Source: a virus (lineage: Duplodnaviria > Caudoviricetes). Taken from it: DNA of 60,606 nt. Position numbers and translations under genes: made by a program. The first letter of the stretch is position 1. Every line of letters starts with the position of its first letter. The notes under the pieces are model-generated. The model worked only from the letters and a program-made list of their open reading frames with translations, made no database searches and was not told the origin of the DNA. Positions 34,364 through 44,096 of the stretch are shown here, piece after piece. The stretch lies in the IMG/VR virus record IMGVR_UViG_3300037258_000158, positions 1 to 60,606 of that record; one strand, 5' to 3'.

Positions 34364-35700
34364 CAGTTTACATTCCCTGGATCAGCGAGTTGGTTGACTT
34401 CCACATAGGAGCCGGTCTGTTGATCGTGCGGATAGTAGATGCCGAGTGTACCGGGCCATTCTTCAGCGAGTACCGACAATTCGCCCTTGTCATTCTCTTC
34501 AATCGTGCGAATACGAACAGGCAAGTTCGTAATCGCTTGAATGAATGGATGAGTGATGGTTACGAGGTCACCCGGTTCAAGGCGCAGAAACCGATATGGG
34601 AGCGTGAATTCGTATGTGTTCCGCAGATAGGCCGCGCGCTGACCGATCAATGTAGCGCAGATCAATCCGATACTGGCTTGACAAATTTCCTTAGCGTCGA
34701 TGTCATTGCTATCGCGAAGACCGTACTGCGTGATCAAATTGGCTGCGAGATAGAATATCGGATTTGAATTGTATTGCTGCGCTCTATCCGAGATAGTGAC
34801 GCGAGTACGATTGAAGGCGTCCGCCGGGTCAATCCGGTTTACCTTGATCGGTATTTCCTTGCCGACGAAAACTTCCGGTCCAATGCTGTACTGGATAGCT
34901 GTCGTCGGCGTGTAAGTATATCCATTTGCTGTGATCGCTGCGTCACCGAGCGGTACGAATTTGATGGCGTTACCGGACCAGAAAATCCATGAATTTGTGA
35001 GCTGTGCCCAACGATCCAAGATAGTGGTCGCTTTCTCGGCGTTATACAGGAAGGGCGACATAAAGATGCCCTGAGCCTGAACATATGTCTTGTAATAGGC
35101 CAGCGATGTTGAATCAATGTTCGACATCGTAAGACCCATACCGTAACGAGGATAGGTCAAGAAATCAGGAATGAATTGTGATGGATCAGCATCCGGCGAA
35201 CCATCTCCGGCAGTATAGCTCAGCTTCATCTTCGCTTCCATTGCAATGGATGGAAGCGAGGCTGCAGAACCTAGATTTGCATTATCGTTATAGATGTAAG
35301 ACGTATTCGCGTATGACAGAGCCTGAGACGGGTAGTTGGCGACGACATAGCCCCACGGAGTTTGAGTGGCTGTACCAGACGCGAAACTATATCCCATATT
35401 GCTGAGGGTCGTAGTCGTATTCTGGTTGTAATAGACCGTGACTATTTCATCAATAATTCCTTCACCCAAAGCAAGGATCACTGCCGCGGAATAGGTGTAA
35501 TTATCGCCCTTTCCACCGCCCTTACCGAAGAGACCACCTTCATCGTGCTTTTGAAAGTTGTTATACCAGATAAGGTTGAAGCTGATACGATTTTGACCGT
35601 AACCGTATGGGATAGGCATGTCCAGAGCACTGGTCTGAACCTGAATACCAGTGTAGATGATTGGTTGGACTGAACTACCACCGAATAGAAAATTACCCAC
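34363..35700 (-). CDS. Central tail-tip/host-specificity protein, N-terminal part (Phage-tail_3/GTA megatron-like)
   Basis: IQVQTS..PIPYGYG.NRI..NLIWY, LGEG, DADP, YGLR, LEPGDLV. Confidence 0.85.
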   Translation of the reverse strand: MGNFLFGGSSVQPIIYTGIQVQTSALDMPIPYGYGQNRISFNLIWYNNFQKHDEGGLFGKGGGKGDNYTYSAAVILALGEGIIDEIVTVYYNQNTTTTLSNMGYSFASGTATQTPWGYVVANYPSQALSYANTSYIYNDNANLGSAASLPSIAMEAKMKLSYTAGDGSPDADPSQFIPDFLTYPRYGMGLTMSNIDSTSLAYYKTYVQAQGIFMSPFLYNAEKATTILDRWAQLTNSWIFWSGNAIKFVPLGDAAITANGYTYTPTTAIQYSIGPEVFVGKEIPIKVNRIDPADAFNRTRVTISDRAQQYNSNPIFYLAANLITQYGLRDSNDIDAKEICQASIGLICATLIGQRAAYLRNTYEFTLPYRFLRLEPGDLVTITHPFIQAITNLPVRIRTIEENDKGELSVLAEEWPGTLGIYYPHDQQTGSYVEVNQLADPGNVN

Positions 35701-36232
35701 GACGCACCTCGTAAAATTTGACCGGGCGTTTTAGACCACCCTTTGTCACCCTGAGGCCAGTGTCGTCTAAAGTGGTCACATAGACACAACGTCCTTTCGC
35801 CTGTGCATGTACGATCTGATTCACCCCCAGATATATCGCACCATGACTGAAGCAGCGACCATAGAAGAAGACGGCTACATCGCCAAGTTGCGGTGATGCA
35901 ACTTCCCGTCCATGCAATTCAACTTCGATCCAGTTAAGGAATTTCGGTTCATCGTTATGCAGATACCACTGTGGATCATACGGTCTTGGGTCAAATGGAG
36001 CCAGTACGTTCGTATCAACATATGATCGCACAAGAAGCATCGCACAATCGACACCGCCATTCTTTCCTTTGATGTCCGCACAATTGACGAAAGGTGTTCC
36101 AACCCATGAATAACCTTCTGTCGCGATGGCGGCACGCGAACTAGCTTCTTCGGGTGTTGCGAAGATATAGCGTTCTTTCAGTCCATAGTATTGGACTGAA
36201 ACCACATTATCTTTTGCGACTGCACTATACAT
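35693..36232 (-). CDS. NlpC/P60 tail-tip peptidase
   Basis: WVGTPF...GVDCAML...GD...SHGAI...IVHA. Confidence 0.9.
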   Translation of the reverse strand: MYSAVAKDNVVSVQYYGLKERYIFATPEEASSRAAIATEGYSWVGTPFVNCADIKGKNGGVDCAMLLVRSYVDTNVLAPFDPRPYDPQWYLHNDEPKFLNWIEVELHGREVASPQLGDVAVFFYGRCFSHGAIYLGVNQIVHAQAKGRCVYVTTLDDTGLRVTKGGLKRPVKFYEVRRG

Positions 36233-36239
36233 CCAACAC

Positions 36240-37121
36240 CTAGAAATTTTGAAAGGCAGGTGGTACGAATGGAAACCCGCGCCAATTCTGTTCGTTACCA
36301 CGAGACGTACAGGTCGCGTTAGTTTTATCACAACCTTCGAAGACCGTGAAGGTATCGCCGGGCTGTGGGACGTCATACAGAGGGTACTCGAGATACACCC
36401 CGGTACTGTCAGCAAAGGCAATGTCACGTGACTGCCCTGACGCAGCACCGCTCGTCATAGTCAGCGCGCCAAGCTGGAATAGCGTGATAGGACTCACCGC
36501 AGGGGCAGTCGTCCACGGGACATATATCTTCGAGGCCGCAGGCGATGACGGCACCGTGCAATCGTAAGTGAACGATGCAGCGTTCAGCGTACATCCGCTA
36601 TCGCAGAAGTTATGCAGACAACCGATCTGGAAAAGATTCCTCGGTGCATACTGATCGAGTTTATTATTCGCACCCTTGACTTTGAGTGTGGTTTTCACAC
36701 CTTCAATCTCAATGGTGCTGAGTACACCACCGAAGTAGAGTATTGTCCCCAATGATGTATCGATCGGCAACGTCACCGGGTAAAGCATGAACAGGCGATT
36801 AAGAATTAAGGTCGCACCATCGAACAGACCATTGTGCATCTGCGACATAAGATCCGCACCGCCATTGAAACTGGCGTCGGTCGCGAGCATTGTGATCTCT
36901 AATGTCGGGATAGACATTGTGTTCACGGTCTGAACTTTAGTCCTTTGAAGAAAAGGACCATAGTTCGTGTAGGTGTTTCCACCATAAGGGATTTCTACAT
37001 CAAAATTCGTCCAATGGAATACAGTGCCGCTCTGAGTGGTGACGTCATAAAGATCAGCCTGAGCCAGTTCTACCTGACCCGAGGCTAACAGGGCTGCGAG
37101 CGCTGTTCCACAATCTCTCAT
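36240..37121 (-). CDS. Baseplate hub protein (DUF2163/BR0599-like)
   Basis: GLFDGA, CLHNFCDSGC, GDTF...GCDKT..TC...N..NWRGFPFVP. Confidence 0.88.
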   Translation of the reverse strand: MRDCGTALAALLASGQVELAQADLYDVTTQSGTVFHWTNFDVEIPYGGNTYTNYGPFLQRTKVQTVNTMSIPTLEITMLATDASFNGGADLMSQMHNGLFDGATLILNRLFMLYPVTLPIDTSLGTILYFGGVLSTIEIEGVKTTLKVKGANNKLDQYAPRNLFQIGCLHNFCDSGCTLNAASFTYDCTVPSSPAASKIYVPWTTAPAVSPITLFQLGALTMTSGAASGQSRDIAFADSTGVYLEYPLYDVPQPGDTFTVFEGCDKTNATCTSRGNEQNWRGFPFVPPAFQNF

Positions 37122-38029
37122 GTGCCAGCCTTACAAGACCGCAGAGTTACTTTCTTCACGGACCACAGATTATACATGAACTTCTCGAAAGTATTCGTAT
37201 CTTCAGTGAACTTGCAATAGTAGAAATAGGACATATCGATCGTAACGGTCTGATCGGCCGACGGCGTGTTAAAGAACTTGAGTTGCTGATTCATCGGCAA
37301 TGTCTGTAGAATTTGAAATGAACTGGCCGCTTGCTTCACGCCGTTGAGGTAGACGTTGACGGGCTGCGTCAAATCAACATAACCGACGGGTTCTGTAGAA
37401 TTGTTTCCCCCGTAACCAAAGGTACGATTCAACGGACCGAATACCGATGTACTTCCATCGGTAGTTGCGACGAACTGTCCAGTCACCGAACGGTCATCTA
37501 TGTTGGGATATAAGAATCGACCGACCTGTCCGCCCATTGCCAAGAAGAAACTGAAAAAGATCTTGAACTCGGGAGTGTTCGACATGAACGCGCCATTCGC
37601 GCGCAAAAAGTCATAGGTCAGTTCAAACTCATGGACGGGTGTCGATGATAGAGCCACGTCAATATTCGCACCGGCGCTGGCGACCTCACTCTGATTAAAG
37701 AAGTGAGGATTCCAGAACTGTGAATACCCGAGGCCGGGCAAATCAGGGTAGAGCGCAGGCATCGGAAGTGTTATCCCTAGACAGAGGACTTCGAGAACAA
37801 TCTGACTGACGCGAGCATTCGGATGTCTGGTATTAAGAACTTCTTTAACGATCTGACTGACGCGAGCATTCGCTGTACCAGATACGAGTGATTCAATGAC
37901 TTCCTGAGATACACGAGCGTTCGGTGTGCCAGATACGAGTGGTTCAATGACCTCCTGTGAGACGCGCGCATTTGGTGTCCCATCGACAAGAGCTTCAATG
38001 ACTTCTTGACTGACTCTAGCATTCGTCAT
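37118..38029 (-). CDS. Distal tail protein (DUF2460-like) with N-terminal 17-aa repeats
   Basis: PDLPGLGYS..P, FELTYDFLR, FF...GG..G.F, YYCKF.ED...FEKFM..LW. Confidence 0.82.
   Translation of the reverse strand: MTNARVSQEVIEALVDGTPNARVSQEVIEPLVSGTPNARVSQEVIESLVSGTANARVSQIVKEVLNTRHPNARVSQIVLEVLCLGITLPMPALYPDLPGLGYSQFWNPHFFNQSEVASAGANIDVALSSTPVHEFELTYDFLRANGAFMSNTPEFKIFFSFFLAMGGQVGRFLYPNIDDRSVTGQFVATTDGSTSVFGPLNRTFGYGGNNSTEPVGYVDLTQPVNVYLNGVKQAASSFQILQTLPMNQQLKFFNTPSADQTVTIDMSYFYYCKFTEDTNTFEKFMYNLWSVKKVTLRSCKAGT
37775..38023 (-). repeat. Five tandem 51-nt (17-aa) repeats NARVSQ(E/I)VxExLxxxxx
   Basis: NARVSQEVIEALVDGTP / NARVSQEVIEPLVSGTP / NARVSQEVIESLVSGTA / NARVSQIVKEVLNTRHP / NARVSQIVLEVL. 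Confidence 0.9.
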
Positions 38030-39123
38030 GCCGCCACATTATATCCCGCCGCCATCGCATTGACACCACTCACGGTCCAGTTCAAGTCAGTATTTGGATC
38101 CAAGATCCATTGGTCGGTGAAGTAGACGTATAGTTCTTCACCGAGTGCGTGGTCAGGTCCGTAGACCTCAGTAGACCCCGACTTGACTGCTTGTTTAATC
38201 TGACGCCCACCCGAGTCATCTTTACGATAAGCGCCCGTTAATTGAACACCGAAAACAACCACAGTTCCGCTCGGCAGAGCACCGAAATTAAGTAAATCTT
38301 CTTGACCGACGGTGGGACTGTAGTTATATGATGTGTCAGAATCCATGGAGATTTCAGAAACTTCCTGCCAATTCGTACCTGTGAGTGGGGTCCATTGGAC
38401 AGAATTATTCCCCACCGCAAACAGAGTAGCGACGTGACAATCACCGATCGGTGATTCAGCGGGATGGATCCCTGCGCCGGTTGTCGTGTCACCATAATAG
38501 AAGTCATCGATAACAACGCCTTCGCCACTCGCACCGCTGACATACATGATATCCCACCATGCGTTCGATGTGACCTGCGTATCAACCCCGGTAACGTTCG
38601 CTACCACGATGTTATTGAAGCGAACTTCGAACGAACCGGCGGACGAGTCTATGGTGGGCCAGATTTCCACAAAAAACCAACTCGCGGGTGTGAACGCATT
38701 GTTGCCAGAAAGATAGAGTGGTGTCCCAGGACCACCCCCATCGCCATTGACTTCCACACCGGCAATTTCAGCATTTCCCTTAAACAGACCGAAGCTGTAG
38801 TTATCGAATCGAAACATGAACGTACATTGGTTTCGTGCGCCGATACTATCATAGAACTCAAAAGTCACTGGCGCGAGACCCTGTGCCAAGTTCAACGCGA
38901 ACCCGACAAATGCCGATGCAACTCGTTGCTGGAACACATAGTTGAATCCGGTATAGCTGAGGCCAGCCTTGTTCCAGGTCACAGCCCGCTGAACGCCGTT
39001 ACGCCCGGTAACGAATTGAATCGTGCTCTGCCCACCGACACCATACTGCAAGAACCCGGATCTTGCAAGAAAATCCGATTCATCATTATAGTGGTCGTAA
39101 CCATCCCAAATTTGAAGTGCCAT
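38026..39123 (-). CDS. Virion structural protein, lectin-like beta-sandwich (tail-associated)
   Basis: DGYDHY start, WFFVEI, IDDFY; between tape measure and Dit. Confidence 0.7.
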   Translation of the reverse strand: MALQIWDGYDHYNDESDFLARSGFLQYGVGGQSTIQFVTGRNGVQRAVTWNKAGLSYTGFNYVFQQRVASAFVGFALNLAQGLAPVTFEFYDSIGARNQCTFMFRFDNYSFGLFKGNAEIAGVEVNGDGGGPGTPLYLSGNNAFTPASWFFVEIWPTIDSSAGSFEVRFNNIVVANVTGVDTQVTSNAWWDIMYVSGASGEGVVIDDFYYGDTTTGAGIHPAESPIGDCHVATLFAVGNNSVQWTPLTGTNWQEVSEISMDSDTSYNYSPTVGQEDLLNFGALPSGTVVVFGVQLTGAYRKDDSGGRQIKQAVKSGSTEVYGPDHALGEELYVYFTDQWILDPNTDLNWTVSGVNAMAAGYNVAA

Positions 39124-41828
39124 TATCTGGCTCCCGCGAATGATTCAGGTTTGATAAAGCCATCACGAACTTGGGCTTGGAACCACGACCGCATGAGGCT
39201 AGAATCTTTAGCAAGATGCGCCGACAGTGATTTCGATTCCGGTGCGTTGATCTGAGGCATATAGTGAACATGGACATCGCCCATTCCTCCACCTCCCCGG
39301 TTGCCTCCTCCACCGGCCGAACGCAGACCATCGGCGTAATTCTTCGGCACGACCTGTTCGCCAGGATGTAGAAGAGCAGGCATGATCTTCGGAACTTCCC
39401 AAGCGCCGGTTTCCAGCTTCGTGATCGTGTTGTATGCCGCGACAGCCGCGAATGTCCCGGCCGCAGCTATCGGGGCCAAGATGAGGTTGACCGGGGGTGG
39501 AAGAGCTTGCATGACTGACTTGTATGCGGCGGCGGCGGACGTGTAGGCGGAGTTCATGATCGATGTGCTATCTGCCGTAGCTTCGGCAGCATTGCTCGCG
39601 GCCGCACCAGATGCTGTGATGGCTGTTCGCGCAGTCGTTCCAGCGGCAGTCGCGGCAGTCTTCTGTGTCTCCAGTGCTGCATGGAGCAGAAGGCCCTGTT
39701 GATTGAGTGTTTGGTCAGCCGCCAGTTCTGCCTGAGTGTAGAACAGGTGAGCCGTGAAGTATTGCGCGTCGGCCTCAAGTTCCTTCTTGATGAAATCGCC
39801 GAGCGCCAGACCAAGCGAAGCTATCAGAGATTTATGACCGCTGAGGATATTGTCGATCATGGAATCTTCGGCAGAAGTAATCTCGCTGAACGCCCTCTTC
39901 CAATATTCGGCGGATTGCTTCGCCGCCGTATTCTCGGCACCAGCAATCTGGTTGGAGATACGCGCCAGCTCAACTCCGGTTTGGGCGGCGATTACCTTCT
40001 TTCGGTTTTCAGCATCTTCCCATGCTACCGAACCCTGAGCATATGCTTTCTCTTCAACATTTACTGCGTCAATTTCAGCTTGACCTTCGGCAATCGCGAT
40101 AGCCTTCAGTTTCTCGAGTTCCTCGGTCTTACTCAGAAGATGTTCAGCCACCTGTTCTTGAAGAGCATCGCGTTGCTGCTGGAAACCGAGTTTTGCCAGT
40201 TGGAGGCCGGTCGATGCATCATTCTTGGCGATTTCAGCCTTCTGGTTCGCTGCCAGTTTATTCGCCTCTGCGATCGACTGATTCATGTCGATCTCGACTT
40301 CTATGCGCTGCTGAGCAGTGAGCTTAGTTCCAGCGAGAAGTTGCGCCCATACCTGGCGAATTTCGGCTAATCGTTGCTGACCTCCAAGGTTTTCGTTCGC
40401 ATTGATTTCAGAGACTGTTTCACGAGCGTTCTCGATGGCTTCCTGGCCCGCTTCTTTCGCCGCACGGATACCCGGCGCAGCTTGACGTTTCTCCAGTTGA
40501 GCAAGCTCTTCATTGGCTCCCTTAAGATCCTCTTTAAGTGTACCGAGGGCAGGTCCTTTCGCGATAGGAAGCGCAGCCTTTATCGCTGCGATCTTTTGTT
40601 TCAGTGCATCGATCTCTGTACTGGTGGACCGGATGCCTTCTCCTGCCTTCAGACCAGCCTTCAAGATATCATCAGACGACTCAGCCTGATGACCTAATGC
40701 TGTCGATGCTTGAGCCGAAGCCTTGGCCTGCTCGTTAATCCGTTCGGTATTCTTTTGCAAGATCGCCGTGGCAGTATCGGTCTTGCCCATGAACTTGTCG
40801 ATGACGCCACTCAACCCGAATGTGGCGATCACACGTGCGACCGAGAATGCGTACTGAAGCATATTCGACGTGCTGGCGGTGACATGCGAATCTGCTTCTG
40901 CCAGCGCAGGGCCGAGTTGCTTCGTCTTATCCGTCATAATTTGGATAAGAGCGGCGGCGGTCTTGTGAGCGTCACCGTTATTCTGAGTCTTCTGGAAATC
41001 TTCAGCCTGCGCAACCGTCAGTCCAGGAAAGATCTCCAGAACTTCTTTGAGCGACAACCGCTGGTCATCCAACGCTCGGCTCAGTAATTTGACCGCTTCT
41101 GGCGCTTTTTCGCCAGTCGCCTGCATGTATTCTACGGTAGCGAGCGAAAGGCCCTCGACCTCTGTTTTCGTCATACCGCCGATCTTGGCCCAACTCCCAA
41201 CAATCTCTTCGGCAGTGTCGGTCGATGTATTACCGAGTTTCTTGACCTCGTCGGTTAGAGCCGAAACCGCAGCCTTGGTGAGTTCAGCGTTGCCGGCGAA
41301 TTGAGCATGGATGGCCAGATCAGCCATCTTCATGTCTGCTTGATCAGCCTGATACCCGAGATAAGCGATACCAGCCGCCAGAGCCGCTATGCCGACCGTT
41401 GCCAGAAGAGCAGTGCCACTCAGACCAAAGACACGGTTAGCGATGATCGCCAACGTACCCGGGATACGATGGTAGTAACCGGAACTGAATTCGTCAAACA
41501 GAGCACGGAATTCACGGGTCGCTGTCGCAACCGGAACTCCCATTTTCTCTGTCGCACCGGCAGCTTCTGATGCTGCCGATCCTACACCTTGAATAGATTT
41601 GGCAGCGGCGTCAGAATATCCCGTCACCGCAGCCATCCGCTGCCCGAGCTGCGTCGTCGTATCTATGTACTGTTTGATCGGCGCAGTCGCAGCCTGAGCA
41701 GCGGAACCGGCTTGCCCGAATGTTTGAGCGAACCGTTGAGTTGCGGCCATAGAACGATTGTAGGCATCGACTACCCCATCGTCCGTAGCTGTGATTTCGA
41801 TTTCTACTCTATTGCCGGGATCAGACAC
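39123..41828 (-). CDS. Tape measure protein
   Basis: 901 aa Ala-rich helical; VEIEITA start; GAWEVP...LHPGEQVVP C-terminal motif; after tail chaperones. Confidence 0.92.
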   Translation of the reverse strand: MSDPGNRVEIEITATDDGVVDAYNRSMAATQRFAQTFGQAGSAAQAATAPIKQYIDTTTQLGQRMAAVTGYSDAAAKSIQGVGSAASEAAGATEKMGVPVATATREFRALFDEFSSGYYHRIPGTLAIIANRVFGLSGTALLATVGIAALAAGIAYLGYQADQADMKMADLAIHAQFAGNAELTKAAVSALTDEVKKLGNTSTDTAEEIVGSWAKIGGMTKTEVEGLSLATVEYMQATGEKAPEAVKLLSRALDDQRLSLKEVLEIFPGLTVAQAEDFQKTQNNGDAHKTAAALIQIMTDKTKQLGPALAEADSHVTASTSNMLQYAFSVARVIATFGLSGVIDKFMGKTDTATAILQKNTERINEQAKASAQASTALGHQAESSDDILKAGLKAGEGIRSTSTEIDALKQKIAAIKAALPIAKGPALGTLKEDLKGANEELAQLEKRQAAPGIRAAKEAGQEAIENARETVSEINANENLGGQQRLAEIRQVWAQLLAGTKLTAQQRIEVEIDMNQSIAEANKLAANQKAEIAKNDASTGLQLAKLGFQQQRDALQEQVAEHLLSKTEELEKLKAIAIAEGQAEIDAVNVEEKAYAQGSVAWEDAENRKKVIAAQTGVELARISNQIAGAENTAAKQSAEYWKRAFSEITSAEDSMIDNILSGHKSLIASLGLALGDFIKKELEADAQYFTAHLFYTQAELAADQTLNQQGLLLHAALETQKTAATAAGTTARTAITASGAAASNAAEATADSTSIMNSAYTSAAAAYKSVMQALPPPVNLILAPIAAAGTFAAVAAYNTITKLETGAWEVPKIMPALLHPGEQVVPKNYADGLRSAGGGGNRGGGGMGDVHVHYMPQINAPESKSLSAHLAKDSSLMRSWFQAQVRDGFIKPESFAGAR

Positions 41829-42101
41829 TTAATTCAACCTTCCTTTGGTCGCCTTGTAATGGTGGAAAAAATCTTCAGGACCCATAGAGCCTCTTTGGAT
41901 TTTTTCCTCCATCGTCAACGGAGCCTCATACCCGATCTGTATTGCGCGAAGTTCGTTTTCCGGAGGCCATTCCTTCCAGTATTCGTATAGCGAAGTTACG
42001 TCAGGGAGCGTCAGGTTATCGATTTCAGAGTACGACCACTTCAACGCGCTCGCTATTCGCGCGTAGATTCGGCCTAACCAGTCGCCCCCGTCGCTTCCCC
42101 C
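41829..42101 (-). CDS. Tail assembly chaperone, -1 frameshift extension (gpGT-like)
   Basis: -1 frame open from GGGGGAA: GSDGGDWLGRIYARIASALKWSYSEIDNLTLP...YWKEWPP. Confidence 0.8.
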   Translation of the reverse strand, partial: GGSDGGDWLGRIYARIASALKWSYSEIDNLTLPDVTSLYEYWKEWPPENELRAIQIGYEAPLTMEEKIQRGSMGPEDFFHHYKATKGRLN

Positions 42102-42421
42102 GTCGTTGGTTTCTTCGCCGGTTCGGTCGCAAGACCGCTGACCACGAGAACCCGAAGGTTTGCCGCGTTCAGTTGATCGAAGGTGACGTTTTCGATCGCC
42201 TCCAGTTCAGCGACAGTTTTACCGAGCCCGGCTGAGAGGATTTCCATGGTCCCATCGTACCATTCCCCTTCAGCCTTGGCCCAGTCGTCTTCGCGTTTCA
42301 TGCCATTCGCCCCGGCGTGACGTTGCTTCGCAGCGCCCATGCCGAGTCTTTTCATGACACCGAGGGTGATGGGTCGAACGGTAAGTTCCTGGGTGCCGAG
42401 TGTTACTTTCCTGTCGTCCAT
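42074..42421 (-). CDS. Tail assembly chaperone (gpG-like)
   Basis: Between tail tube and tape measure; ends ...TTGEATGATG with slippery G GGG GAA. Confidence 0.85.
   Translation of the reverse strand: MDDRKVTLGTQELTVRPITLGVMKRLGMGAAKQRHAGANGMKREDDWAKAEGEWYDGTMEILSAGLGKTVAELEAIENVTFDQLNAANLRVLVVSGLATEPAKKPTTGEATGATG
42095..42101 (-). other. Programmed -1 frameshift slippery site G GGG GAA
   Basis: In-frame X XXY YYZ-type heptamer; downstream ORF is in the -1 frame with no intervening stop. Confidence 0.8.
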
Positions 42422-42444
42422 AAAATTCTCCCTTAGTTGGACGA

Positions 42445-43419
42445 TTAACTGACCTGAGGATAGCTGACTTCGTACACTTGCTGCGCCGAATTGGCGAAGA
42501 AGCCAAAGTCCACTTCAGGCATCACAAAGTCAGTCAACTTGTGCGCCCGAGTGAGCTTACTGCTGATCGCTGCAAAGAACCGCACATAGTATGGATTGCC
42601 GTACAGCGACGAGGAATAGTCGATCTGGAAGACGGGTGTCGTCCCAATCGGCGTATTCTTCACGGTGATGGTCTGACCTCCGGTGTTCGAGGTATAGCCG
42701 TAGGTGATGAGAACACCTTCTGTTGCATCGGCGCTGGCGAACGAGTACTCACCGATGCCGGTTCCAGTACCGATGTAAGTGTATTGACCAGTAGCCGGCG
42801 AACCAGTGACGTACATGAGGGGAAGACCTGACGACGCGTAAATAACGCCCAGATCCTTATTGAATGTAGAGGCGTTGGTTACTGCGATGGAAGGTCCGAA
42901 CGTGATGGTCGTTGCGTTGGGCACATCACCAGAAACATTCTGGGTCAATGTGACTGACGTATTGGCGACCACTGAGGCCACGAAAGTGTTTGCAGGGATA
43001 TTGGTGCCCGATACACTCATTCCGGGCACGACACCAGTCGTACTGGTGAACGGAAGTACATCGCCGCTCGCAGTATCAGCACTCGTGGGATGAGTGACCG
43101 CCGCAGGAATGGTCTGTGCTTCCTGAATAGCCATCAACAACTGACCAACGTTGAACGATTGACCGTTGAAGACCGCATTCAGAGCGAGACCAGACAGGGT
43201 CGCTGCCTTGATCTTACCAGTTGCCTTGATGGTTCCCCGCGCCGCGACCAGAGCATACTGATTCGTGCCGTAGAGTTCCTTCGTTTCGGCTGCTTCGTCG
43301 TAAGAAAACTCCTGTGCATAGCCGATATTAACAGGAGTTTGATTGGCAATATCAATCCGGGTCACATAGAGTGACCCCGGTCCGAATACCGCCAGAGGCA
43401 CAGTTGAGAAGACGGACAT
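42445..43419 (-). CDS. Major tail tube protein with inserted accessory domains
   Basis: FGPG..TP...KELYG.NQY...ARG..K.TGKIK, GTTPVF, DF.MPE.DF; AAGGAG RBS. Confidence 0.88.
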   Translation of the reverse strand: MSVFSTVPLAVFGPGSLYVTRIDIANQTPVNIGYAQEFSYDEAAETKELYGTNQYALVAARGTIKATGKIKAATLSGLALNAVFNGQSFNVGQLLMAIQEAQTIPAAVTHPTSADTASGDVLPFTSTTGVVPGMSVSGTNIPANTFVASVVANTSVTLTQNVSGDVPNATTITFGPSIAVTNASTFNKDLGVIYASSGLPLMYVTGSPATGQYTYIGTGTGIGEYSFASADATEGVLITYGYTSNTGGQTITVKNTPIGTTPVFQIDYSSSLYGNPYYVRFFAAISSKLTRAHKLTDFVMPEVDFGFFANSAQQVYEVSYPQVS

Positions 43420-43430
43420 TACGTCACTCC

Positions 43431-44096
43431 TTAGGGGCCGTTCTGGATTATACGAATGGGGATCTTGGCGACGGCCTGTTGACCCAGGAACCCTTGATCT
43501 GTCACTATGGCACCTTCGATCCAAACATCGAAGACCAATCCTCCGAGAGTCTGGCGAAATTGCGCTCGACCAGCACCAGTCTTGTCAGGACCGAGTGCGT
43601 TTCGTATCAACCCCAGAAGCGTGTTCAACGCAGGAGCAGAAGGTGTTGTATCATCCGGTGCCATTGCGTAGACCCAGACCAAAGTGTTCAAGGTCCATTT
43701 CGCAAGTTGACCGGGCCTTTTCTCCGACAGTTCATTCACCTGCGTCAAAAATAGAGCCGGCTGTTGAAGTTGATCCACCACGCTCCAGTGCCTGAGTAAC
43801 CGAGCGGCAACAGGATCGGTTGTCGTAAAGCCAGCATTGAAGGAGAGTGTACCACTCTCATTCACAGGCTGGCTTAACGTGACCTGTGTCGAGCTGTCAA
43901 CTGACTGTAGGAAGTCACCGACTGGTACCCCTGCGCCCTGTACGCCCAAGCCTGCTGAGAGTTCCGACGTGTCCGCTATACCCATCAGAACAGCGCTCCC
44001 GGCCGTGGCTGTCGCCGTAAAGTCAATGCTACTCGTAATGAGTAGTGAAGCAAGCGCCGCGTAGATCGGATCAAAGTTCGGATTGGTGCTAGGCAT
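43431..44096 (-). CDS. Tail terminator/completion protein
   Basis: RLLRHWS.V...QQPALF, QTLGGLV...WIEG; position before tail tube. Confidence 0.75.
   Translation of the reverse strand: MPSTNPNFDPIYAALASLLITSSIDFTATATAGSAVLMGIADTSELSAGLGVQGAGVPVGDFLQSVDSSTQVTLSQPVNESGTLSFNAGFTTTDPVAARLLRHWSVVDQLQQPALFLTQVNELSEKRPGQLAKWTLNTLVWVYAMAPDDTTPSAPALNTLLGLIRNALGPDKTGAGRAQFRQTLGGLVFDVWIEGAIVTDQGFLGQQAVAKIPIRIIQNGP

Noticed and set aside
38464-41087. Several 100-260 aa plus-strand ORFs opposite the tape measure region
   Set aside because: Shadow ORFs from codon bias of the real minus-strand genes.
42083-42089. Mu-type GGGGGCG -2 frameshift site in the tail chaperone
   Set aside because: The -2 frame hits TGA after about 20 codons; the -1 frame gives the conserved product.
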